Shown: one piece after another, positions 1 through 12,598 of the stretch
Numbering within the stretch: position 1 is the first letter of the stretch
How the letters are laid out: each line of letters opens with the position of its first letter
NCBI GenBank assembly: GCA_964016885.1
Contig: OZ024749.1
Location: 12,214,001-12,278,000, forward strand
Direction of reading: 5' to 3'
Length of the DNA: 64,000 nt
DNA from: Eledone cirrhosa
Lineage: Eukaryota
Notes under the pieces: generated by a model
Told to the model about the DNA's origin: nothing
The model's database searches: none
What the model saw: the letters and a program-made list of their open reading frames with translations, nothing else
Program-made: the position numbers and the translations under genes

Positions 1-74
1 GCATCAATATCTTTTTGTCTGCTAAATCAGGGATCATAACCAGTAAATATGAACACTTGCATATATTGACCAAA

Positions 75-190
75 TTTTACTCCCAAGGTATTTGTCAACC
101 CAAGACATGCCCAAGGTGCCAAACAGTGGATTGAACCCAAAACCACAAGGTTGCAAGGCAAACTCCTTGACTACATGGCCATGTTCATGC
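75..190 (-). mobile_element. tRNA-derived SINE head, degenerate
   Basis: Minus strand reads TGGCCATGTAGTCAAG (A-box-like) ... GGGTTCAATCC (B-box) followed by CCTTGGGCA, as in the SINE heads at 52903 and 63340. Confidence 0.55.
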
Positions 191-519
191 TTGTGTGTCT
201 GAAATATGTTGTCGCTTAAAAAAAAAAAAAAACTCCTTTTGTCACAAAAAATGCTCAAGTAATGATTCCTTAATTAAGCATAAACTGTTTGTAAGTTGGA
301 AGTAATTAAAAGTCTTGCTCAACAGTACAACAGCACAATGCTTACAGAGTGACTCACAAGCTAAAGTTCCAATCAGGACATAATTACTGTAATTTGAAAG
401 ACAAAAAATTATTTCTTTTGGGAAAACCAAATGTAATAGGGTGCAGTCAAGTGAATTAAGTATAATAATATATATATATATTTATAGAGAGAGAGAGAGG
501 ATAGTAAGTTCAAGCATAA

Positions 520-1085
520 TCTACAATGGGAGGACCAAAGATGTGAGATATTCAGGATTGTGAGGCAATGTGTCAAGGAGAACTGTGATATTGTCAGGGA
601 GACGTGTGTCCGTAATGACAATGGTGTACTTGCCCTCACAGACAGTGATAAGAAGGTAGATTGGAAGTGTCACTAAGAGAGAGACGACTGAATGTGGAGA
701 ATGAATGGAATAAATAAAGATAGACTGCCCCACATCGATCCAACAGAAGGACCAGACGTGCTAGTTAATGGTAGTGAAGTAAGTAAGGCAAGCCAGCTGG
801 GCCTTCGGGGATAGTTGCTGAAATGTTGAAGGTATCTGGAATGGTGAGACATACTATGGTCACCTGGATAGTAAACTAAGTAATACAGAATGGGGGCATA
901 CCAAATGACTGGCGTAGCAACAGTATCATCAACTGTTGCAAGGGCAAAGGAGACACCCTGGATAGAGGTAACTATAGGGGTATTAAATTAGTTGACCAAG
1001 TCATGGAAGCCACAGAAGAGTTATTACTCAACTGATTAGAGACTAAATTTATCTAGATGAAATACAGTTTGGGTTTGTGCCAGGT
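520..1085 (+). pseudogene. Degenerate RTE-clade LINE fragment (linker to start of RT domain)
   Basis: Patchy translation EIFRIVRQCVKENCDIV...GPSGIVAEMLK...IPNDW...CKGKGDTLDRGNYRGIKL...QFGFVPG with stops and frameshifts; cut off by microsatellite at ~1087. Confidence 0.8.
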
Positions 1086-1086
1086 A

Positions 1087-1089
1087 AAA

Positions 1090-1121
<32 letters not shown>

Positions 1122-1409
1122 CATATATACATACATATATACATATATACATACATACATATATACATACATACATATATATATATACATACATACATAC
1201 ATACATACATATACATACATACATACATACATATATATACATACATACATACATACATATATATATATACATACATACATATATATACATACATACATAT
1301 ATATACATACATACATATATATACATACATACATACATACATATATATATACATACATACATATATATATACATACATATATATATACATACATACATAC
1401 TTACGTATG

Positions 1410-1441
<32 letters not shown>

Positions 1442-1472
1442 TATGTATGTATATATGTATGTATGTGTATAT
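1087..1472. repeat. (TACA/TA)n microsatellite with strand switch to (TATG)n at ~1402
   Basis: Directly visible; ACATAC...TTACGTATGT switch. Confidence 0.97.
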
Positions 1473-2939
1473 ACACAATTTTCAACTGACATCAAAATGA
1501 AATTTGGTGAGTCCAAGTGTGCATATTTGGCAGTAAAACGTGGAAGAGCTGTGCCCTCCTCTAGAAATCTAGAGATGAACGGCCTGACAATACAACCTCT
1601 GCAGTCAGGTGACAACTACAGATATCTTGGACAGGATGAGAATATCAGATATGATGGACCCATAAATAAGGAGAAAACCAGAACTGAATACCTCAGAAGA
1701 GTAAAGAAAATATGGTCATCAGAACTGTCAGCATACAACAAATACATTGCCCACAATACTTATGCTGTGCCAATTCTAACGCCAACATTTGGCCTACTGA
1801 ACTGGTCATTGCAAGAACTAAGTGAGATGGATGTTAGAACTCGAAAACTTCTCAGTGTTACTGGGAACTTTAACATCAATGGTGATGTGGATAGGCTATA
1901 CTTCTCACGCAAGGAAGGTGGCCGGGGTCTAAAATCAATATTAACAACATATGAGACCCGGATAGTGACACTGAAGCAACACCTTCAACAGAGGAAAAAG
2001 GTTGGCAACCATCTTGCCCAGGTTTATGACCATGAAAAAAGAAATATCATTAGAATAGCGACTGATCTGGAGGAGAGATATGGAATAAAGCCCGATATAA
2101 ATCTCTCACCCAGAGAAATCGGAAGATCCTATTCAATGTTCAAACAAGGAAAAAAAATTGACCAATTTACAGAAAAAGTTGTGCATGGATACTTGAGGCG
2201 TAAAACACAGACCATAGAGGGGATAAACCACTCAAAAAGCCTGGCATGGAGTTCCGACAAGTTTATGACATCACACCTTGAGGGATATCTCTATGCAATA
2301 CAGGAACAAGAACTCCCTACCAAATATCTGCTGCACAAAAGAGGAGGGCCAGCAGCTGACAATAAATGTAGGCTATGTAAAACAAAGATCGAGGATGTAA
2401 GCCACATTGTTGCCAGCTGCGAAAGAATGTCATCTCGCTACTACCTCCCCATGAGACACGATGGGATAGCTAGAACCATCTGGAACGCACTTCGGAAAAC
2501 AAAATTAACAACAAACGAGGAAGAATATATTGAGACAGATGGCACTAAGGAATACTGGTGGAACCTGAAAATAAAAACTGCCACCAGATTAAAGCACAAC
2601 CGGCCTGATATTGTAGTTTGGGACCACACATTGAAAACGTGTTCTGTTGTGGAGATCAGCTGCCCACTTGATGTAAACGTTGTCAGAAAAATACAGGAGA
2701 AGGAGGACATCTACGGACCATTGATGAGGAGTTTACAAATCCAGTATCCAAGATACACCTTTAGCTTCATACCCATCATTATTGGTGCTACGGGTTATAT
2801 ACCAACCCGCTTGGACCAAAGTATGACTGAACTTGGATTTGCGGACAAAAAGCGCAGCTCCCTAATTCATAGTCTACAAATGGCTGCGATAGCTGGCACC
2901 TTCAAAATTTGCAAAACATTCTTGCGATTCAAGGGATGA
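1473..2939 (+). CDS. R4/Dong-type ORF, C-terminal part: end of RT, thumb, CCHC zinc knuckle, PD-(D/E)xK RLE endonuclease (partial)
   Basis: [36 protein letters not shown]-x7-H-x4-[13 protein letters not shown]...E...[10 protein letters not shown]. The N-terminal 132 aa of the track ORF are microsatellite. Confidence 0.9.
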   Translation, partial: TQFSTDIKMKFGESKCAYLAVKRGRAVPSSRNLEMNGLTIQPLQSGDNYRYLGQDENIRYDGPINKEKTRTEYLRRVKKIWSSELSAYNKYIAHNTYAVPILTPTFGLLNWSLQELSEMDVRTRKLLSVTGNFNINGDVDRLYFSRKEGGRGLKSILTTYETRIVTLKQHLQQRKKVGNHLAQVYDHEKRNIIRIATDLEERYGIKPDINLSPREIGRSYSMFKQGKKIDQFTEKVVHGYLRRKTQTIEGINHSKSLAWSSDKFMTSHLEGYLYAIQEQELPTKYLLHKRGGPAADNKCRLCKTKIEDVSHIVASCERMSSRYYLPMRHDGIARTIWNALRKTKLTTNEEEYIETDGTKEYWWNLKIKTATRLKHNRPDIVVWDHTLKTCSVVEISCPLDVNVVRKIQEKEDIYGPLMRSLQIQYPRYTFSFIPIIIGATGYIPTRLDQSMTELGFADKKRSSLIHSLQMAAIAGTFKICKTFLRFKG

Positions 2940-3020
2940 CAATTTCTTTTCTTTTACAACCTTGCCACCAGGAAGGTGGCCGGTCAAAAAAATATACTCA
3001 AAATTAAGAGAAAGAGAAAA
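1473..3020 (+). mobile_element. 5'-truncated R4/Dong-clade (restriction-like endonuclease) non-LTR retrotransposon
   Basis: Uninterrupted ORF to 2939, short 3' UTR with hairpin CCACCAGGAAGGTGG and A-rich end; microsatellite on both sides. Confidence 0.9.
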
Positions 3021-3230
3021 CATATATACATACATACATACATATATATACATACATACATATATATACATACATACATATATATACATACATACATATA
3101 TACACATACATACATATATACACATACATACATATATACACATACATACATATATACACATACATACATATATATATATACATACATATATACATACATA
3201 TATATATATACATACATATATACATACATA

Positions 3231-3262
<32 letters not shown>

Positions 3263-3308
3263 CATATATATATATACATACATACATACATACATATATA
3301 CATAGATA

Positions 3309-3340
<32 letters not shown>

Positions 3341-3412
3341 CATATACATACATACATATATATATATACATACATATATATATATACATACATACATACA
3401 TACATACATACA
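3021..3412. repeat. (TACA/TA)n microsatellite
   Basis: Directly visible. Confidence 0.97.
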
Positions 3413-4050
3413 TGGTGGCTGCCAACTCGTTTTCGAGTACGGCCACTACTTTACATCCATGTAGGATAACCCCTACCGAAGCGCTGAACGAGTGTGACTT
3501 TTTAGTCCAGCCAGCGACTTGAAACCTCTGGTACAAACACTACACCTGTGACAACTATTGACACATAGTGCTAGGCCCATGGTAGGACAATTATTGACAC
3601 ATAATGCTGGGCCCATGTGAGGACAAGTGCAGAGAGATCTCCAGATATAAAGCAATGCCTGTGCCGTGAAGCTTTTATAGTGAGCAAAGGCACTGCACAA
3701 AGCCAGTCCCACTCTCTTAACCAAGATGCTATTTACCAAAAAGAAGAACAAGTCAACATCATTGGATACCATCAGGGTTGCAGGTGTTATATCAGAGTTT
3801 TCCTTCTCCTAGAATTCTGCCTTGACTAAGGCTAAAGGGGTCATCTCTCCCGGTGATTTTGGATGGCCATTGACTCTTAAGAGCTCCTTTGCCCTTTGAC
3901 AGGTTTTGTTTTTAGTCCTGCAGGATGTCCAAAGTCACCCTCCTCACCAAGAAACCTTGGTGGGGTTGCCAGTTTAGTCGCCAACGACCCGACCATGAGA
4001 CAGGTTGTACTGGGATACATGTTACCAGTAGCACCAACTGGTGACCTGAC
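3413..4050 (-). mobile_element. Short non-autonomous RTE-derived (bipartite) retroelement, copy 1 (complete)
   Basis: Head GTCAGGTCAC shared with 39603. Middle matches the RTE 5' UTR at ~58998-59205. 3' part encodes [20 protein letters not shown], like the RTE C-terminal finger at 13617-13700, and ends TGGCCGTACTCGAAAACGAGTTGGCAGCCACCA like the RTE terminus at 13321-13355. Confidence 0.85.
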
Positions 4051-4103
4051 ATACATACATACATACATACATACATACATACATACATACATACATACAT
4101 ACA

Positions 4104-4137
<34 letters not shown>

Positions 4138-4274
4138 CATACATACATATATATATACATACATATATATATACATACATATATATATACATACATATAT
4201 ATATACATACATATATATATACATACATATATATATACATACATATATATATACATACATATATATATACATAC

Positions 4275-4307
<33 letters not shown>

Positions 4308-4540
4308 CATACATATGTACATACATATATACATACATACATACATATATATATATATACATACATATATATATATATACATACATATATATATATATAC
4401 ATACATACATACATACATATATACATACATACATACATACATATATATATACATACATACATACATATATATATACATACATACATATATATATATATAC
4501 ATACATACATATATATATATATACATACATACATATATAT

Positions 4541-4587
<47 letters not shown>

Positions 4588-5164
4588 CATACATATATAT
4601 ATATATACATACATATATATATATATACATACATATATATATATATACATACATATATATATATATACATACATATATATATATATACATACATATATAT
4701 ATATATACATACATATATATATATATACATACATATATATATATATACATACATACATATATATATATATACATACATATATATATATATACATACATAT
4801 ATATATATATACATACATATATATATATATACATACATATATATATATATACATACATATATATATATATACATACATATATATATATATACATACATAT
4901 ATATATATATACATACATATATATATATATATACATACATATATATATATACATACATATATATATATACATACATATATATATATATATACATACATAT
5001 ATATATATATATACATACATATATATATATATATACATACATATATATATATATATACATACATATATATATATATATACATACATATATATATATATAT
5101 ACATACATATATATATATATATACATACATATATATATATATATACATACATATATATATATAT

Positions 5165-5197
<33 letters not shown>

Positions 5198-5322
5198 CAT
5201 ACATATATATATATACATACATATATATATATATATATACATACATATATATATATATATACATACATATATATATATATATACATACATATATATATAT
5301 ATATACATACATATATATATAT

Positions 5323-5371
<49 letters not shown>

Positions 5372-5410
5372 CATACATATATATATATATATACATACAT
5401 ATATATATAT

Positions 5411-5473
<63 letters not shown>

Positions 5474-5516
5474 CATACATACATATATATATATATATAC
5501 ATACATATATATATAT

Positions 5517-5549
<33 letters not shown>

Positions 5550-5554
5550 CATAC

Positions 5555-5651
<97 letters not shown>

Positions 5652-5879
5652 CATACATACATACATACATACATACGTATGTATGTATGTATGTATGTAT
5701 GTATGTATGTATGTATGTATGTATGTATGTATGTATGTATGTATGTATGTATGTATGTATGTATGTATGTATGTATGTATGTATGTATGTATGTATGTAT
5801 GTATGTACGTACATACATACATACATACATACATACATACATACATACATACATACATACACACACACACATACATACA

Positions 5880-5913
<34 letters not shown>

Positions 5914-6064
5914 CATACATATATATATATATATACATACATATATATATATATACATACATATATATACATATATATATATATATACATACATATATAT
6001 ATATACATACATATATATATATACATACATATATATATATACATACATATATATATATACATAC

Positions 6065-6095
<31 letters not shown>

Positions 6096-6306
6096 CATAC
6101 ATATATATATACATATATATATATATATACATACATATATATATATACATACATATATATATATATATACATACATATATATATATATATACATACATAT
6201 ATATATATATATACATACATATATATATATATATACATACATATATATATATATATACATACATATATATATATATATACATACATATATATATATATAT
6301 ACATAC

Positions 6307-6337
<31 letters not shown>

Positions 6338-6554
6338 CATACATATATATATATACATACATATATATATATACATACATATATATATATACATACATAT
6401 ATATATATATATACATACATATATATATATACATACATATATATATATATACATACATATATATATATATACATACATATATATATATATACATACATAT
6501 ATATATACATACATATATATATATATACATACATATATATATATATATACATAC

Positions 6555-6585
<31 letters not shown>

Positions 6586-6847
6586 CATACATATATATAT
6601 ATATACATATATATATATACATACATATATATATATACATACATATATATATATATATACATACATATATATATATATATACATACATATATATATATAT
6701 ATACATACATATATATATATATATACATACATATATATATATATATACATACATATATATATATATATACATACATATATATATATATATACATACATAT
6801 ATATATATATATACATACATATATATATATATATACATACATATATA

Positions 6848-6888
<41 letters not shown>

Positions 6889-7381
6889 ATATACATACAT
6901 ACATATATATATATACATACATATATATATATACATACATACATATATATATATACATACATATATATATATATATACATACATATATATATATACATAC
7001 ATACATACATACATATATATATATATACATACATACATATATATACATACATACATACATACATATATATATATATACATACATATATATATATACATAC
7101 ATATATATATATATACATACATATATATATATACATACATATATATATATATATACATACATACATACATACATATATATATATATACATATATACATAC
7201 ATATATATATATACATACATATATATATATACATACATATATATATATACATACATATATATATATACATATATACATACATATATATATACATACATAC
7301 ATATATATATACATATATACATACATACATACATACATATATACATACATACATACATACATATATACATACATATATATA

Positions 7382-7417
<36 letters not shown>

Positions 7418-7611
7418 TACATACATATATATATACATACATACATACATATACATACATACATATATATATATATACATACATACATACATATATATAT
7501 ACATACATACATACATATATATATACATACATATATACATATATACATATACATATATACATATATACATATACATATATACATATATATATATACATAC
7601 ATATATACATA

Positions 7612-7671
<60 letters not shown>

Positions 7672-7672
7672 C

Positions 7673-7731
<59 letters not shown>

Positions 7732-7841
7732 CATACATATATACATATATATATACATACATATATACATACATATATACATACATATATACATACATAT
7801 ATACATACATACATACATACATACATACATACATACATACA

Positions 7842-7873
<32 letters not shown>

Positions 7874-7979
7874 CATACATATACATACATACATACATAC
7901 ATACATACATAATACATACATATATACATACATACATACATATATACATACATACATATATACATATATACATATATAT

Positions 7980-8010
<31 letters not shown>

Positions 8011-8158
8011 CATACATACATATATACATACATACATATATACATACATACATATATACATACATACATATATACATACATATATATATACATATATACA
8101 TACATACATATATATATACATACATACATATATACATACATACATATATATATATACA
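4051..8158. repeat. ~4.1 kb (TACA/TA)n alternating purine-pyrimidine microsatellite with internal inverted (TATG)n block at ~5677-5809
   Basis: Directly visible. Confidence 0.97.
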
Positions 8159-8614
8159 TGGTGGTGGCTGCCAACTCGTTTTCGAGTACGGCCACTACTT
8201 TATATCCATGTAGGAGAACCCCTACCGATGCGCTGAACGAATGTGACTTTTTAGTCCAGCCAGCGACTTGAAAACTCTGGTACAAAGACTACACTTGTGA
8301 CCATTATTGACACATAGTGCAGGGCCCATGGTACCATGTGATGACAAGTGCAGAGAGATCTCCAGATATAAAGCAATGCCTGTGCTGTGAAGCTTTTATA
8401 GTGAGCAAAGGCACTGCACAAAGCCAGTCCCACTCTCTTAACCAAGATGATATTTACCAAAAAGAAGAACAAGTCAACATCATTGGATACCATCAGGGTT
8501 GCAGGTGTTATATCAGAGTTTTCCTTCTCCTAGAATTCTGCCTTGACAAAGGCTAAGGGGTCATCTCTCCCAGTGATTTTGGATGGCTATTGACTCTTAA
8601 GAGCTCCTTTGCCC
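8159..8614 (-). mobile_element. Short RTE-derived element, copy 2 (5'-truncated)
   Basis: Near-identical to 3413-3895; begins at TATG|GGCAAAGGAGCTC. Confidence 0.85.
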
Positions 8615-8733
8615 ATACATACATATATATATACATACATATATATATACATACATACATACATATATACATACATACATATATATATACATACATATAT
8701 ATATACATACATATACATATACATACATATATA
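8615..8733. repeat. (TACA/TA)n microsatellite
   Basis: Directly visible. Confidence 0.95.
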
Positions 8734-11013
8734 TAACTTTGAATAACTTTGAAATGTTTTGGCCAGTATTGGCCCAGGCCATGTCTAACTTAATAGCACC
8801 ACCTGGCGAAGTCTTTCAATTCAGGATTTGGGCACCATGGCCCATTCGAGAAGAGAATTACTGTTTGCGGAGACATATCCGGGTGTGAGTGGTTTGTCCG
8901 GGATTACTTGGAGGAATTTGTCCAAAGACTTCTTGAATTTTGTGTGGTCAGTTTCTGTTTTGACGTGTCCTGGTGTGATGTTGAAGAGAGCAGGGCCGAT
9001 TGAGGTGAAATAATTGTGCCGTATTGTTGTTATGAGTTGCGATTTAGATTTTTGAATGGGACGGATAGCACGGGGCCCAAGCCTTGGGTGTATCTTGAAG
9101 GCGATGCCAACATCATTTGGGCAGTGATGATGGAACATTTTCCACATCATGCAGATAATATAACGCTCACGGCGACGTTGGAGTGAGTAAAGTTTCAGGT
9201 TTTCTAATCGACCCCAGTAGTCAAGGTCTGACATGCCATCTATCTTTTTCGTGATTGCCCTTTGAGGAGCTTCAAGTTTCATGATACTTTGTTTCGTGTG
9301 GGGAGACCACAGTGGACAACAGTATTCAAGGTGTGGTCGGGCAAAAGTAGAGAAGAGAAGGATAATGGTGCGGGAATCTCTCGACTGGAAGGTTCTGAGG
9401 ATCCAGGAACACATTCTGCGGGCCATGTCAACTTTGCTGCTTATATGCGTGGTCCAGCTTATGTTGCTGTCCACGGTTACTCCCAAGTCTCTGATGTTGT
9501 TAGATGCCACGAGAGTTTCCCCGGAGGGAAGGGAGTACGGGAGTTTCAGAGCATCCTCTTTTCCAAAGTGGATCAGTTCGAATTTGTCTTCGTTCAGTAA
9601 CATGTTGTTCTTTTCCGCCCATTGGGTAACAGCCAGTTGGTCTGACTGAAGGCTTATCCGGTCATCCACGCCATTGATGACCTTTTGGAGCTTGGAATCA
9701 TCAGCGAAAATTTTAATGTTGCTGTGTTTGATGATGTCAGTGATGTCATTAATATAGATGATGAAGAGAAGTGGGCCCAACACAGTGCCTTGTGGGACCC
9801 CACTACTGACTTTGGCTGGGCTGGATTTGACTCCCTCAACTACAACATGTTGGGTTCTGTTTGACAGGAAGCTCTTGATCCACTGCAGCAGCTTTCCAGT
9901 GACACCAATATTGGACAGCTTTCTCAGTAGAATGTTATGATCAACCCTGTCAAAGGCCTTGCTGAAATCAAGGTAGATAACATCAGTGTTGGAACCCTCT
10001 CCCAAGGCTCTCAAAATGTCATCAAAGTGATGCAGTAGCTGCGTCAGGCAATCCCTTCCATTACGGAATCCATGCTGGTTGGAGTTCAGCATATTGTTAC
10101 TCTCAAGGAAGTGGGTCATTCGCGATCTCACCACTCTCTCAAATACCTTAATGATATGAGAGGTGAGTGAGATTGGACGGTAATTCACGGCAAGGGATTT
10201 GTTTCCCTTTTTGAAAACTGGGACAACAGACTGGGATAGAAGGTTTTCTGGCACATATCCAGCATCCAGTGAGTTCCGCCACAGATTGGCAAGAGGAGAT
10301 GCAAGTTGGTGTTGACACGCCTTCAAGACACAAGCAGGGAACCTATCGGGACCTACTGCTGAATTATGCTTGATTTCCTTTATTGCCGCCAAGACATCAG
10401 GGGCGCCAAACGTTATGTCCGATAAGGTGTAATGGGGAGTAACATCGCCGATACAGCCCAGATCGGCCATATCAGGATTGCTGAAAACAGAGCAGTATTG
10501 TTTCTGCAGTATCTCACCCATGGTTTTAGCATTGTCTTGAAGAGTGCCATTTTCATCAATTAGAGGGCCAACAGTAGAGCCAGTGATTTTGTGTTTTTTT
10601 GCAAATGAAAAGAACACTTTGGGATTGAGTTTGATCTTCTCAATGGCCCAGGCCTCCTCAGCTCTTCTCTGATTGTTGATGAGGGACATTATGTTGTTTT
10701 GGAGGTTATGTTTTTTAATCTCTAGTGATGAAATGGCAGTTAAGTTGATGTGTTGCTGCTGACAGTATTTCAGCTTGTTGATTTTTTTGTTCGTTCTCTT
10801 AATTTTTCTGATGAGCGTTTTTCTATTTCTAGGGATTCTGCTCTTAGATTTGTTTATAGTTCTTAATGGGGTGTGTTTAGCACATATGTTTGTAACAGTG
10901 TCCACAAATGTCTGCCAGGACTTTTTGATGTTAGTGGGTGTATGAGTGTGCGTGAAGGACCAGTCGACATGTGCAAGATCATGACTGATCGCTTCCCAGT
11001 TTGCATTGTGGAA
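8734..11013 (-). mobile_element. 5'-truncated CR1-group LINE
   Basis: Intact RT ORF; 3' UTR with hairpin (GGCC...GGCC) and short tandem tail (TTCAAAGTTA)x2, typical of CR1-type ends. Confidence 0.88.
8821..11013 (-). CDS. CR1-group ORF2, reverse transcriptase (partial, open)
   Basis: NYRPISLTS, QHGFR, YLDFSKAFDRVDH, GVPQGTVLGPLLF, FADD, RDLGV, RPHLEYC..W.P, LYSLQRRRER. Confidence 0.92.
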   Translation of the reverse strand, partial: FHNANWEAISHDLAHVDWSFTHTHTPTNIKKSWQTFVDTVTNICAKHTPLRTINKSKSRIPRNRKTLIRKIKRTNKKINKLKYCQQQHINLTAISSLEIKKHNLQNNIMSLINNQRRAEEAWAIEKIKLNPKVFFSFAKKHKITGSTVGPLIDENGTLQDNAKTMGEILQKQYCSVFSNPDMADLGCIGDVTPHYTLSDITFGAPDVLAAIKEIKHNSAVGPDRFPACVLKACQHQLASPLANLWRNSLDAGYVPENLLSQSVVPVFKKGNKSLAVNYRPISLTSHIIKVFERVVRSRMTHFLESNNMLNSNQHGFRNGRDCLTQLLHHFDDILRALGEGSNTDVIYLDFSKAFDRVDHNILLRKLSNIGVTGKLLQWIKSFLSNRTQHVVVEGVKSSPAKVSSGVPQGTVLGPLLFIIYINDITDIIKHSNIKIFADDSKLQKVINGVDDRISLQSDQLAVTQWAEKNNMLLNEDKFELIHFGKEDALKLPYSLPSGETLVASNNIRDLGVTVDSNISWTTHISSKVDMARRMCSWILRTFQSRDSRTIILLFSTFARPHLEYCCPLWSPHTKQSIMKLEAPQRAITKKIDGMSDLDYWGRLENLKLYSLQRRRERYIICMMWKMFHHHCPNDVGIAFKIHPRLGPRAIRPIQKSKSQLITTIRHNYFTSIGPALFNITPGHVKTETDHTKFKKSLDKFLQVIPDKPLTPGYVSANSNSLLEWAMVPKS

Positions 11014-11029
11014 AGAGGCCCAGTTCGTC

Positions 11030-12598
11030 ACAGACGAACTGGGCCTCTTACTTAGACTTACCTACGACACTAACTACCTAGACAGCCATGACCTTAGATG
11101 TTTCTGCCCTAGTAGACCTATAAGAGGTAGACCCCCCACCATAACCTCAATGGCTAAAAAGACTCCCATAGGAAGGTGGATTGGGTGGACCAAAGCTATA
11201 CGGACCCCCCAAAACACTGATCAGGTAAGAAAAATGGTCGCACATGCAATAGGGGCTAGTATCAAAACTACCCTAAAGGGCCACATATTTAAGTTCAATG
11301 AGAAAATCTACACCCAAAATGAGGGAGCAGCCATCGGCGTCAGCATAGCTGGTGATGTTGCCAACCTTTTCATGGTATGGTGGGAAAGGAGACTTAAAGA
11401 TCTCCTTAATGAAAGCTCCATAGACCTCATCATGTACTCTCGTTATGTAGACGATATCAATATAGTTATAAGAACACCCCCACTAGAGAGCACTAACAAG
11501 TTTGATTTAGAACGTAGCACGATGGAAAGCATCCAGCAGATAGCTAATTCCATACACCAGAGTATAACTGTAACTATAGACTTCCCTTCTAAACACCCTA
11601 ACAATAGACTACCTGTATTAGACACAGAACTCTGGATTAACACTATAGACGAGAGAGCCCAAATTCTCCACTCACACTATGCTAAACCCATGGCCTCCAA
11701 ATACCTGATACTCAAAAACTCAGCAATGTCCAGTAGTGCTAAGTTTAGTATTCTGATCGCAGATTTGGTACGAGTGATGAAGAATGTGTCCAGCATGTGC
11801 GACCCAACAGAAATGGAAGGACACATCCAACACTTCATCAACCGCATGCAGTTCTCTGGCTACAACCAAAGAGACAGAGTCAGAGTATACGAAGGAGCCA
11901 TGGAAAAGTATAAGACCCTCATAGAACTGGACATGAAAGGAATTTGCCCACTATACAGGAGCAAATCATGGAATAGCTTAGATAGGGCTAGACATAAGAT
12001 AGGGAAGGCCACATCATGGTACGACAACCAGAGATATCAGAGTGTCATGTTTGTGGACGCCACCCCTGGAGGGAAATTAGCTAACCAGTGTAGAAAGGCC
12101 CTGAGAAAGACCCACTTAAAAATAAAGGTGGTAGAAAAGCCAGGAACCACCATAAAATCCCTGATCAGCAAAACCTACCCTTTTAAGAAAATCCACTGTA
12201 CCAATAGGAAATGTATCATATGTAAGGTGAACCCCCGGATAAACTGTAAAACTAGAAACGTAGTCTATAGCATAAGATGTACAGAGGGTACTTGCAGAAA
12301 CACGACAACAACATACATAGGTGAGACAGCTCGTAGCATAGGTGAAAGGATAGACCAACACTGGGGGGAACTAAAAGGACGAAAAAACGGGTCAGTACTA
12401 TACGAACATGCTAGACAACAACATGACGGTAACATAGACAACATAGAAATTAGAATAATATCTAAACATAGGAATGACCCAGCAGATAGGCAAATCAGAG
12501 AGGCCAGTGAAATAGAAATTAGAAGACCAAAGCTAAACAGAAAGAATGAGTGGAACAACAACACCCAAACAAACAACACTGACCTAAGAGAAGTATAA
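11030..12598 (+). CDS. Penelope-like reverse transcriptase - GIY-YIG endonuclease (partial, open)
   Basis: YTQNEGAAIG...ANLFM, RYVDD, LPVLD, C-x4-C-x2-C, CKTRNVVYSIRC...YIGET.R...R..QH, EA..I....P.LN. Confidence 0.92.
   Translation, partial: TDELGLLLRLTYDTNYLDSHDLRCFCPSRPIRGRPPTITSMAKKTPIGRWIGWTKAIRTPQNTDQVRKMVAHAIGASIKTTLKGHIFKFNEKIYTQNEGAAIGVSIAGDVANLFMVWWERRLKDLLNESSIDLIMYSRYVDDINIVIRTPPLESTNKFDLERSTMESIQQIANSIHQSITVTIDFPSKHPNNRLPVLDTELWINTIDERAQILHSHYAKPMASKYLILKNSAMSSSAKFSILIADLVRVMKNVSSMCDPTEMEGHIQHFINRMQFSGYNQRDRVRVYEGAMEKYKTLIELDMKGICPLYRSKSWNSLDRARHKIGKATSWYDNQRYQSVMFVDATPGGKLANQCRKALRKTHLKIKVVEKPGTTIKSLISKTYPFKKIHCTNRKCIICKVNPRINCKTRNVVYSIRCTEGTCRNTTTTYIGETARSIGERIDQHWGELKGRKNGSVLYEHARQQHDGNIDNIEIRIISKHRNDPADRQIREASEIEIRRPKLNRKNEWNNNTQTNNTDLREV

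Noticed and set aside
3935-3985. Twister-ribozyme resemblance (UAA...GAGGAGGG) in the short element head
   Set aside because: P1 and the CCCAAGC pseudoknot loop cannot be formed.
3877-8285. Very long Y/I/H/T and M/Y/V/C ORFs (also 1036-1615, 2874-3536, 15221-19223)
   Set aside because: Alternating purine-pyrimidine repeats cannot contain stop codons, so all frames are open; not genes.
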